A stretch of DNA of 63,976 nucleotides, the filler included, from Thraustochytrium aureum (lineage: Eukaryota): the NCBI GenBank assembly GCA_012862495.1. It is 5 parts of 4 records of this genome, joined end to end, with 100 filler letters (N's around TTAATTAATTAA, not from the genome) between each part and the next. Parts side by side here need not be neighbours in the genome. Positions count along the whole stretch, not along the records: positions 1 to 27,719 come from BLSG01000158.1; 4 more parts are not named here. One strand, 5' to 3'. Below the pieces are notes generated by a model, which saw nothing but the letters and a program-made list of their open reading frames with translations, did no database searches and was not told the DNA's origin. Shown here piece after piece: positions 11,689 to 21,909 of this stretch. Within the stretch, counting starts at the first letter, position 1. Each line of letters opens with the position of its first letter. A program made the translations under genes and the position numbers.

Positions 11689-13509
11689 CTAGTCGAGCAG
11701 GTTTTCCAGATACACAATGCGCTGGTTTGCCTTGCCCCGCCGTCGGCCGAGCTCGTCGATCAAGCTGGAACGGTAATTTGTCCGAAGCCCGTGTTCAACG
11801 CGGGCCTGGGCGACTCGTTTGCGAGCCGTCCGTGCGTTCTCCAACCTGCGGCGCTGTGCGGTCTACCCAAAGTGCCGCCCCCGCAAATCAACCATCACTG
11901 TGAGCGGCCTGCATCGATCCCCAGCGAGCAGCCACGAGCAGCAACGACTTACCTCAAATTGTGCGGAAAACTCCAGCACGCCGTGCAGCGCAACCTGGGA
12001 CGGTGGCTGGAACGCGCATGCCGTGGTTGTCAAGAGCCGTTCGCGGTCTGGCAGAAAGTGCGCAGTGTCCTCACGAACCCCCCCAGCGCCCACGCCAACT
12101 CGCGGGCGCGTATCTTGCAGCACTGGCGTGGAGCTCGAACGTGTGACGCGGGCAACCGATCCGTTCCGTTTACCATTCTCAATGTGATTTGCAGTCTTGG
12201 CGCGGGCTCTGGAGGCGGGGAATAGGCGACCAATCGTTTCGCACCTGTGGACCTCGCCAAAGTTTCGCATCGGCTCGGAGGTAGGCGGGAAGGCTGTGTA
12301 CGCCTCGGCTGGACATGAGCTCGGTCGACGCAAGTTGCAGGCGCGAAGGGCTGGTAGGAGCGCCTGGAGGTTGTTTTGGTGCCCGCTTCCGGCCACGGTC
12401 AGCTTTTCGAATGCCGCGTTAGCGTCCGCTTGCTCGCTATGCAATCGGCGAATCTCTCGCGAAGCTCCAGCGCAGAATGCACGGAGGGACTCTAGAGATG
12501 CTCGGGCAGGGTCGATGCCAGGACGCTGCGAGCCGCACTCGTTGAGGAGGACGCACAAAAGACGGTGATTCGTGAAAAAGCCTCGCTCGTCTGGGTCGCT
12601 CGCTTTGAAGAGCGCGTCCATGTCCACGGTATCCAGCTGTGCGCCAACAGCTTCAACAGCGCGAAGCAGCGACTCGTACTCGAGCACGTGCTTGGACTTG
12701 GGGAAGGTTACCGCTGCCCACTTGCTCAGAACGTGGGCCGGTTCGGCGTCGGCTCTGGTGAGCGGTGGCTCCGCTGCGACTCGTTGCTCGAGGAGCTTGT
12801 CGCGGACGCGTTGCAGAACCGCACGAAACTCTTCGGGATCCATTTCCGGCCCAGAAGTCGCCTCAGAGGACGATTTGCCAATCTCGCACCTGGCTGTGTC
12901 CGGTGGCGGAGCCGCGACAAGCGTTGAGAACCGAGCAAAGTCAAACGCTCCGGACCCGCCGCGGCCTGGTACCTTGCATAGGAGCGAGCGAAAGTCGTCT
13001 TGAGACAAGTTGCCGCCTTGCCCGGCTCGCTCGAGTCTCGCGAAGAAGTCCTCTACGGTGACTATGCCGGTCAGCTCGACGTTGCACTCGAGAAAGAGCT
13101 CTCGCGGGCTCCTGAAGCGCAAGAGCACCTTGTTTATGTCGTCGAACGCGGTTGCCGCGCCGATCTTTGCCTTGCGCGTGCGGCTGTGGCATTTGAACCG
13201 ATCACTTAGGTTGCTTTCTAGTCGCGCCGAGGAGTCTGCGCGGTTCACCTGGTTGGCTTTGCCCACGACGTGCTTTCGCTCGCGCCTCTTCATCTCGGGT
13301 GCGTGGGAGGGAGGGCCGTCGCGGCGTCCTGTTGGCGCGCTGCTGGTCCTTGGGCGTGCCGTGCCCCAAGCAGGCAGCTCCAAGCACCGCGCGCAGAGGC
13401 CAGACCTGGTCTGGCGCTTGCTCGATGCTGACCGTCCCGCGATTGCAGGACCCTGCAAGCCTGCACTCGAGGACCCCGATCCCAGAGAGCGCGGCCTTCG
13501 TTGACGCAT
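11689..13509 (-). CDS. EF-hand-like domain protein, 2 exons (intron 11863-11952), possibly flagellar
   Basis: Degenerate EF-hand segments LFLECNVELTGIVTVEDF and LFKASDPDERGFFT. A 90-nt phase-0 intron (GAG|GTAAGT...TAG|ACC) adds an exon TAQRRRLEN...GKANQRIVYLENLLD* ending at 11689. The start could be 13509 or 13293. Confidence 0.6.
11863..11952 (-). other. Spliceosomal intron, 90 nt
   Basis: GTAAGT donor and TAG acceptor. Removal skips the stop that ends the ORF and opens 58 more codons. Confidence 0.75.
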
Positions 13510-13722
13510 TGACGCACATTGCGCACTGATGCCAAAGGTAAACCAACCTAATGGCGCGGACGCACCCAGGACAAAACAACGAGGACGAAAACACACCAGA
13601 CCCGGCGCGACGAAACAGTAAAGTGTGTATACACGTGCTCTTCTTGTAATTCTTCTTCTTTTCGTTCATCCCGCGCCTTCTGGCGTGTTCACATGGAGGC
13701 GCGGGCGAGCAGTTCGTCGTTC

Positions 13723-15411
13723 TCAGGGCGACGTCGCGTTGCCGAGCGGAGGCAGCAAGGCGCAATACATGGTTTGGACGTTGGATTGGCTTGGACGCAG
13801 AGCCGAACCAACCGCGCTGAGGCACTCGCACAAGTCCGTCTCGTCGGCGCAAGCCATGTTGCCTGCCCAAGCGTATAGAAGCGCCGCAACTCCAACATTT
13901 GCAAACCAGGCGCTGGAGATGAAGGCGACAGGGAACGACTTTGGCCGAAACTTCCATGCGAGCGAAAGTTTGTAGCCGCGGCGTTGCTCCACCGCGATAC
14001 AGACCGTGTCTGTGACCAACTCGCCCAGGAACTGAACCGCAAAGTTTTGCTCCAAACGCACAGTGTCCACGGGGCTGAACAAAGGGTCCGGGAGCTCCAT
14101 ATAGTACGGAACCGGAAAGGCAAGGCGTGCGTCACGAAACATTAACAGCAGCGCCGGCACTGTGAAGATCGCGCACATCTCGGCACACATGTCGCCGAGC
14201 AGCGGCATGGTGTAAAAGGCCATGTACGTAGGGAGTCGCGAATTGCGTTTGCTGCCCGGATGATTGAGAGCATGTCCAGGGAAGAGTTGATCCGGCGCTA
14301 TGACTGCCGAGGCCGAGCGGGCCCGACCCCCTGTCCTCATGAGGGCGCGCATCTTGCGGTCGCGCCAGGGCATGCTGAGCCGGAGCGCGATCTCGGAGAT
14401 ACTCTGGTAGATGACAACGAAAGTGACCGCGACCCCTGAGCCAACCGACGTGAAGAACATGCGGAGGAGGATCGCGCTCATGATCTGCAGCCACAAGAAA
14501 ACGGGCCACGTTTTGTCTCGGCGCAGGCTGATGCCGTCCCCTGCCATGGAAAGACTGAGGGTGAGCTTTCGCGCCACAACCTTGACAAAGCCGTACGTGA
14601 GCTCTTTGATGATTGGAAAGAAGACAGCCACGACGAGAACGCGCATCTCGACGTTTGTCGTGGGGACAAAGTTGACAGAAAACATGAGCGCGCCTCCAAT
14701 CAAGGCGCACAGCGCAAGCTTACTGAACTGAAAAGGGATCTTGCTGTCCCGCGGCAGCGCAAAGCGCAGCGCAACGTACAGTGTGAGGAAAGGGAGCGCG
14801 TTGGCCCACCAGACCGCGATGAGGGAGCGCGCAATGAAAGCCACGAGCTGACCGCCAACCACGATCGTGACTTGCCGCCGCGAAGCGCTCACGTATGCGA
14901 GGAACACGCCAGCGAAGAAGAAAAAGATCGGGATGTCCCAGTGGAGCGTCGCCCCCAAGAGGATCTCGGTGGGATTGGCCTGCTTGACAATCACTCTCTC
15001 GTGGTTGGTTGCGTTGACCAAGAAGCGCTGTGTGCTTTGCGACTTTAGCATCGGCAGCCAGAAAAGCGCCACAGCCGCCAATCCTAAAGTTGAAAACGCG
15101 GACACGCGAAGAGCAAGGACCATCGCGCCAAGAGTTTGGTCGACGCAGAGGAATGATGTGCTTTCAAAGCCTGCGAGCCTGTCGTCCTCGGAGAGAAAGA
15201 GCCCTCCAAAGCGCTGACGCCTTTCGTTGTCGTCGACTTTCTTGTTGTCTACGAGAAGCGCGCGTGTAGTCCCTGAAGTCGACGTCCCGCTTGCTTGCTC
15301 GACGGTATGCGACCGGGCGGCGTGCGAACCGACGTCTTCCGCCGCGTCGTTGGCCCATAGTGCGCCGGCGATAAGGAAGCTGTTGTTTACCAAGCTCGAA
15401 GCAGCACCCAT
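13723..15411 (-). CDS. Multi-pass membrane protein of unknown function (may extend into gap)
   Basis: Long ORF with roughly 10 hydrophobic segments (e.g. IFFFFAGVFLAYV, VLVVAVFFPIIKE, CAIFTVPALLLM, FAVQFLGELVTDTVCI) and a Cys-containing tail. Confidence 0.7.
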   Translation of the reverse strand: MGAASSLVNNSFLIAGALWANDAAEDVGSHAARSHTVEQASGTSTSGTTRALLVDNKKVDDNERRQRFGGLFLSEDDRLAGFESTSFLCVDQTLGAMVLALRVSAFSTLGLAAVALFWLPMLKSQSTQRFLVNATNHERVIVKQANPTEILLGATLHWDIPIFFFFAGVFLAYVSASRRQVTIVVGGQLVAFIARSLIAVWWANALPFLTLYVALRFALPRDSKIPFQFSKLALCALIGGALMFSVNFVPTTNVEMRVLVVAVFFPIIKELTYGFVKVVARKLTLSLSMAGDGISLRRDKTWPVFLWLQIMSAILLRMFFTSVGSGVAVTFVVIYQSISEIALRLSMPWRDRKMRALMRTGGRARSASAVIAPDQLFPGHALNHPGSKRNSRLPTYMAFYTMPLLGDMCAEMCAIFTVPALLLMFRDARLAFPVPYYMELPDPLFSPVDTVRLEQNFAVQFLGELVTDTVCIAVEQRRGYKLSLAWKFRPKSFPVAFISSAWFANVGVAALLYAWAGNMACADETDLCECLSAVGSALRPSQSNVQTMYCALLPPLGNATSP

Positions 15412-16189
15412 CGCGACTNNNNNNNNNNNNNNNNNNNNNNNNNNNNNNNNNNNNNNNNNNNNNNNNNNNNNNNNNNNNNNNNNNNNNNNNNNNNNNNNNN
15501 NNNNNNNNNNNNNNNNNNNNNNNNNNNNNNNNNNNNNNNNNNNNNNNNNNNNNNNNNNNNNNNNNNNNNNNNNNNNNNNNNNNNNNNNNNNNNNNNNNNN
15601 NNNNNNNNNNNNNNNNNNNNNNNNNNNNNNNNNNNNNNNNNNNNNNNNTGGCCCGTGGCCTCGAGCTTCTGCTCCTGCCTGGTGGCAAGGTGCAGTTGCT
15701 GCGGCTGCTTTTTTCCAGATCAGAACAGATTCAGGTGAGGCATCACCAGACACTGTTCAACGGATCTGAGACTGATGCGGACTCGGAGTGCGTTGAGTTG
15801 ACAGGCGTCGGCATCGACAGCGAGGCACGGCAGTTGAATGTGCAGTCGCTAGCGCAGCTGTGAAGACCAACTTTTTTTTTAAATCAATTGAACCCATCGC
15901 GTCGCATTTTTGCGAGACGAGTTGGGTTTGCTGTGTTCTGTCCGTCGGTCGTCTGTACTTGCCGCTAGTACTCGGAGCGAGCTGGCACCACGCTCACCTT
16001 TCGCGCGCCGTGGGCTCCCTTGCGGGGCGGGGTAGGTACCTCTCTACTAGTAGAGAGTCTGCTGCCTGCGCCGTGGTGGCCCGGCTGGTGTCGCCTCATC
16101 AGCGCACAACCATGTGGTGCGTGGTTCGTCCAGAGCAGGCGCCCCTTGCAACAAGCAATGCTGCGGCGTGAACAGCACGTTGTGGTGAC

Positions 16190-16270
16190 GGATCGCACGC
16201 CGCGATGATGGATCGCACGCTGTGGCGACGGGTCGCTCGGCGCGATGATGGATAGATCGCTCGGCGCGAG
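16190..16270. repeat. Degenerate ~20-bp tandem repeat upstream of symplekin
   Basis: gatcgcacgccgcgatgatg / gatcgcacgctgtggcgacg / ggtcgctcggcgcgatgatg / gatcgctcggcgcga. Confidence 0.7.
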
Positions 16271-16562
16271 CTTGCCGTTCCCCGCACTTGCGCCAGTTCA
16301 TCAGAGAAGAAACGCCACGACGTGAAGAGGGTCATACGAGCGTAGCCGCACACTGCAGTCTTGGGGGCAAGATCCTTGCCGCCACACAGCAGACACAGAG
16401 CAGCAGAGCGGCAGCGCAGCATAGCAGCAGAGCAGCAGAGCTGAGCGTCGGGGCAGCAGAGCACGGCAGACTGGCGGCCGCGGGTTGCGTGTCTGGCGGC
16501 GCAGGTGCTTAGGGAGGTGCGCGCGCGCGCGCGCGTAGCGCGCTGCACTGCGGCTGGGCACG

Positions 16563-19500
16563 ATGATGGACTCGCCGCCGAGCGTTGGGTACGTGGACGA
16601 CGACCTCGACCTGCGCGGAGACCTCGTGGACGCGCTGAACAACGCCAAGGTGGCCGGAAAGCCTGCCGAAAAGCTGCAGCACCTGACAGAAGCGCGCGAA
16701 ATCGTCTTGCACCGAGACGCGAGCCTCGAGCTATTGCGCGACTTTGCACGGTCGTTTGGCGAGTTTCATGCAGACAAAAAGGCCCCCGTGCGTTACTTTG
16801 TGATCCAGTTTATTGAAGACGCGTGCAAAGCTTGCCGCGACGTGATCCCGTCGCTGTTCGCGACGCTCGTGTTCCTCGTCGCGGATAAGAACGGCAAGAA
16901 TCTTACCAAGGTGTGGGTTACCGTGATGAACCTATTCCGACCCGCCCTGGCGCTGCTCTGCGAGCCCGCATTCTTCGAAAACAACCCAGAAGACACGCGG
17001 CGTCTGGCGGATGCTCTCGGCGCGCTCAAAGACGCAGCTGTCGCAGTCTTTCGCGACGGGTCCAACAAGGTGATGCCGATCATCGACACGGTCAAGACCA
17101 TCGCGTTGGCATACCTGCTCCCTGACAACCAAGTCGCCGAGATCAACCGAGCAGAGAAGGACCGCGGCCCGAAAGAAGCTCGCGCAGACACTGGGCCAGA
17201 CTCGTTCACCCTCGCGATGATCCCGCGCGACCACCCCGTCCTCTCCATCGTGGCCCTTGAAAAGGTAGGCACCGATCTCGCCGTGTTGATGTGCGACGAG
17301 CTGGTGGCCATCTCCGCGCAGGGCGATGGGCTTGAAGCCGATGCGGCGCGCAAGTCGATCCCTCTCTCGAACGCGGTGCAGATCCTCGGCTTGCATCGTC
17401 CTTCCGTGCGGGAACAGTCCCTCACCGTGCTGCTGACTGCGGCCGGAGCGATGCAGGTGGGCGAGGACGAAGTGCCGTCGCAGCACAAGCTGCGATTCGT
17501 GCAAAACTTGCGCACGCTGTTTCTAGAGCTGCTGAAGGACAAGTGGCGCGTGCTCCTGCGCGAGTGGCGCACCAAGGTTCACGCCGCGCTGTGCCAGATA
17601 GGGGCTCGCGAGCAGGCCGACAAGGCGCTGGCCCAGCTCGACTCGCGCGACCAGCGGACGGCCCAGCGCCAGGAGCGCGAGGCGGAGCGCGAGCAGCGCC
17701 GCCGACAGCGCCTCGAGGAGATCGAGGAGGAAGCACGACGAGCCACGCAGACCTTTGTGGAGGCGCTCGACGCGGAGGAGATGCGCAACCTCGGTTACCC
17801 GCCCGGTCGCAACGCATCGACGGGCGACCCACTGATGTGGTGGCCGCCATCATGGAAAACATGCGCTTTCTTCCAGGTCCTCCGCCCGCCTCGAGCGTGG
17901 TCAAGTCGGGAGCCGAGGCTGTTCGAACGCTTGCTCAGTTTGGCGCCTTTCTGGAGCGAAGCGTGGCCTTGTCCAAGTCGGTGGCAGGGCCGAGCGCCAA
18001 TGCTGCTGCGCTTGCCGCAAGCAAGTTTAAGGTCTCGGAGACGATCGAGCCGCGCAAGCTGGCGCTTGAGCGGATGCTGGAAGAGCACCGCGAGCATGTC
18101 CCCGCGAGCGCGCTGCAGCTCTTTGCAGCCCAAGGACTTGACGCGCCCTCTCCTGGGGACGTGCTGATTGCGCGCGTGGCCTGTGATTTCCTGCGCCGCG
18201 ACAACGCGCTGGAGGCAGAACTTGATCTCCGGCCCGCGCTGATCCAGTTTATCGCGCAAGACCTCACGACCCGTTTTGGTTTGGCGCTCTCGACGCTGTT
18301 TCACCTTTTTGCTTACACGGTGACGCCAGAGGCTCGGCAACAGCAAAAATCGTTGCGATCGGCGCCGGCGCTGTACGACACCTACGACGACATGTTTATG
18401 GAGCTCGTGGAGGCGCTGCTGGCAGAGCATCTTCGGCGTGAAAAGGAGAGCCGCGCGAACGCGCAGCAAGTATACAGAGACAAATCGCTGACGCGACTGT
18501 TCACCCGAGCGCCGCGGCTGCCGACGCTAGCTCTGCCGATTTTGGCACAGTTTTGCGAAACGCGTGGGAGGCACTTGGTTGGGCTCAAGACGCTCCGCGA
18601 TCTGGTAAGGTTCCGACCGGCAGTACGCCGGCCGTGTTTGGACTCGCTGTTGCTGTTCAGTGTGAGCGGCACAACGTGGGTGCGCGAAGATGCGATCCGC
18701 TGCGTAGCAAACCAAGTGTACCCCGTGTTAGATGCCAAGTGGCAAGGGGTCGCTGAGGCGTTTGCTCGCGGCATGCTCGAGTCGGCTGTCGCCGAGGGAA
18801 GCACTGGGCCCGACGCAGCAGCGCTGGCTCAGCTCACAGAGGGTAAGCGCGCCCTTCTTTCGCGGCGCAAAGATAGCAAAGTGCTCGAGCAGCTTATCCA
18901 GGTCGCCCAAGTCGCTGACCCGGCGCCAGCGCCAGCGGCACAAGGCGGCGCGACGGCCGGGGCGCCCCAGACCGAGGGAGACGCGCTCATGGGCCTAGAC
19001 GACCAGGAAAATCTCGAGTACGAGGGCCGTGATGGTTTCGTCCAGGCCGAGGATGGTGGGGAGCTGAACAAGGAACAGGAGGCGGAGGTGGTGCGACGCA
19101 TCCAGCTCTACGTCGCGCTGTGCAGACGCAAGCACGTGCTCCTTCAGGGCTTTATGCGGGTCTATGCCGACACGGCGGACGAGAAACTGCGAAAGGTTTT
19201 GGAGAACGCTGTCGTGCTCCTTCTCCAGGTGCTCGGAAAGCAGCTTGGCGCAGCCGAGGTTCTCGGTCTCCTGCAGGGCTTCCCAGACGGTGCTGTGCCG
19301 CTGCTGATTCACGCGCTGCGCTTGCTCGGCAGTGAGAAGATTTGCGACTCGCGGGAGAAGCGCCAGGCCCTTGTGGCGCAGGCCAAGGCGATGGAGGACG
19401 AAAACCACCTCTACGTGTTGTTTGACTCCGATGACCGCTTCGTGATCCCGGTGCTCGGGTCGCTGACGCGCACGGAGATCCGTCGGTACCTCATCGGCAT

Positions 19501-20167
19501 CCTTGGAATGGAGGCGGAAGCCGTACGTGAGGCCATCAACAGCATTATTGTCGGCGCCCGGTTCGCCCAGCTACAGGGCGGCGAAGTGGAGGAGGAGGAG
19601 GAGGAAGACCTCGACGCGCAGCCGTTTTCCCCTGGCGAGCTTATGGAGGTCCTGGTAACGATGCCGCTCTCAGAGGAGGTGACTGCCCAGAACTTGATCG
19701 ATGCGACCGAAGTGTGCTTTGAGCGGCGCGACATCTTCACCAAGGACGTCCTCAACGCTGTGGTGAGCGACCTTCTCCGCAAGGACGAGCTTCCCAAGTT
19801 GACGATGCGTATTATGATCCGCAGCATCGATCATCAGCCCCAGACCAAGCCGCACATTGCCCAAGCGCTGCAGGAGCTTGTGGACAGGCAATTGTGGACG
19901 CTGGGCGATGATGACCTGTGGCGCGGCTTTGTGATGTGCGCGCTAAAGCTGAGCACCCCGGGGTACCCGATTATTTTCCGGTTGCCACTGGAGCAGCTCC
20001 AAAGCGCGTTTGCGATCTGCAGGGAGGCGGGCGGCGCTTCGGTGGTTGCCCGTCTGGTGTACTTTGCGCGGCAGAACCAAGACGCGTTAAACTTGGCTCC
20101 AGATGTCCTCGAGCTCATCGACGTCCAAGACGAGGCGGCTCCTGCGAAAAAGCGCCAAAAGACCTGA
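16563..20167 (+). CDS. SYMPK: Symplekin/Pta1 (3'-end processing scaffold), frameshift near 17800-17825
   Basis: N-terminal HEAT region (VRYFVIQFIEDAC). C-terminal LFTRAPRLP, LRDLVRFRP, IQLYVALC, DDRFVIPVLGSLTRTEI, PKLTMRIMI and LVDRQLW...LWRGFVMCA, typical of Symplekin_C. Terminal PAKKRQKT is NLS-like. Confidence 0.85.
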
Positions 20168-20325
20168 TCTACTAGTAGTTGATGGAACGACAAGGAGCTC
20201 TTGCGAAGCGCCAAAAGACCAAAAGACCTGGTCTAGTGGATGGAACGAAAAGGAGCGCAAGCAGGTGGAGGCGCGCGCGCCGCGTCACGCAATAGAGGTC
20301 GACTACAATGTGAGCACGGAACACT

Positions 20326-20562
20326 TGGAAAAGACTTGGAGCCTGCGTAGCAGGTCACGGCGTGGGCCTCGGAAAGCTCTTGCTGGAGGACGCGACACTC
20401 AAGAGTGTGACGGGCCGCAAGTACAGCATGCTCGGGCGCAAGGGGGTTCGGCAAGACGACGCTGCTGGTCGAGCACATCCCGTGTGCTTGCAGACACGGC
20501 TTGCAGAAACGGACGGCGAGCTGCACCTCGCCGAGGAGAAACGCCTACTCGCCGTGCTGTAG
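20326..20562 (+). pseudogene. Decayed fragment of an ABC-F (GCN20/ABCF3-like) ATPase gene
   Basis: VGLGKLLLEDATLKSVTGRKYSMLGRKG-(+1 G)-FGKTTLL (Walker A), then LQT.LAETDGE.LAEEKRLL*. Several indels and an early stop. Confidence 0.6.
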
Positions 20563-20671
20563 GTGGCCTGCGGGGGAGATAGAAACAGCAATAAAGAAAC
20601 AGCTCATGTTACATGCAACCGAGATGCAAAAGCAAACCTTGGCATCGCGAGGAAAGCGCGCGCTATGCTGC

Positions 20672-21223
20672 TCAACGGGAGTCTGGGTTGAAAAACTCTG
20701 TGCACTTGAGGTTGGCACGCGTCGCGTCTTCTCCGAGCGGTGGGAGCGTGAAGGGGCACTCCAGTTTGTCACTATCCGGCGCATCCCGATGGCAAGGCTG
20801 GTTGAGGTAGCCGGCGCCCTCTTGTACGGGAAGGAGTGTGCCAACCTTGCACCAGCCGACTGCGCGGCATTGGCCATCCTTCGGCTTGACCCTGGCGAGC
20901 GCCTTGGAAAGCTTTTGGTGGGCCTTGGCAAGCTTTTTTGTCGCCCTGGCGAGCTTCTTCTCCGTGGCCGTTTTCCGCAGGGAGGACTGGTCGATAAGGG
21001 CGACGTAGGCCGCCAACTCGCTCTCGAGCTTGGAGCTCTCAGCGGCCACCTTGGTGAGGGTCTTGGCTGCCCTGCTGCCCGACTTGCTATCCGAATCGAC
21101 GCAAAACAGTTCGCCGTCGCCGCAGCCTTCGGATTCAAAGCATTCATATGCGCCAAACGTGGCCCAGGTCGTGCAGGCGATGACGAGCGCCGCCATGGCG
21201 ATCCGCATAGTGGTCACCTTCAT
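20672..21223 (-). CDS. Small secreted Cys-rich protein with central Lys/Ala-rich helix
   Basis: Signal-peptide-like MRIAMAALVIACTTWATFG, Cys clusters at both ends, and central KKLARATKKLAKAHQKLSKALARVK. The 3' end may be affected by a frameshift. Confidence 0.6.
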   Translation of the reverse strand: MKVTTMRIAMAALVIACTTWATFGAYECFESEGCGDGELFCVDSDSKSGSRAAKTLTKVAAESSKLESELAAYVALIDQSSLRKTATEKKLARATKKLAKAHQKLSKALARVKPKDGQCRAVGWCKVGTLLPVQEGAGYLNQPCHRDAPDSDKLECPFTLPPLGEDATRANLKCTEFFNPDSR

Positions 21224-21909
21224 CTTGGTATTCGTGTGGATTTTGCGCTCGACGGCTCGTCGTTGGCCTTGTTGTATTGTCGCTGTTGATTGGGGTCTGC
21301 TCTGCGTCTGACTGGAGACGTTTTGGCGTCGTTGCGTGGCGTCGGTGCTTGGCGTCGGTGCTTGGCACGTGTCGCCTTCGATCGAGCAGTTTACAAGAGG
21401 CGGAGCAACGAAATTCGGGCTGGATGGAGCAAGAACGGGCCGGGAGAGCTGATGACCAGCAACGTAAATAAATTCGTTGGCTGGCTCTCTTTGTGTCCAT
21501 GCGGGCGCGGAGGTGCGGAAGCAGAAGGAGGCTGGCACTCGCTTCCTCCAATGCACAACCTGCACTGGCGCGTCAACCGCATCGTTTGCACATGGAGCTG
21601 GCAGAGCCGTTTATAAAACCAGACAGCGCGTAAATGTAACGATTTTTATAAGCCTTTGCGACGTGTTTCGTTGGGTCTGCACGGCGCGGACCAAGCCAGG
21701 TGACCGGTAGATTGGGGACATTGTGTAGCTCCCGATGAGCCAGCGTGCTGCGTTGCTTGCTTGCGGAGAGCCAGAGCGGTCGTTTCGGCGGAGCACGGGG
21801 CAGCCAGCCCAGCGAGCCGCGAGGGAGCGCGTGCTCCCCTGCTCTTTGATGGGTGGAAAGGGGAAATTCTGCGCCGGCGGCTGGAACGCGCAAGGAACAG
21901 GTCGGTTGC

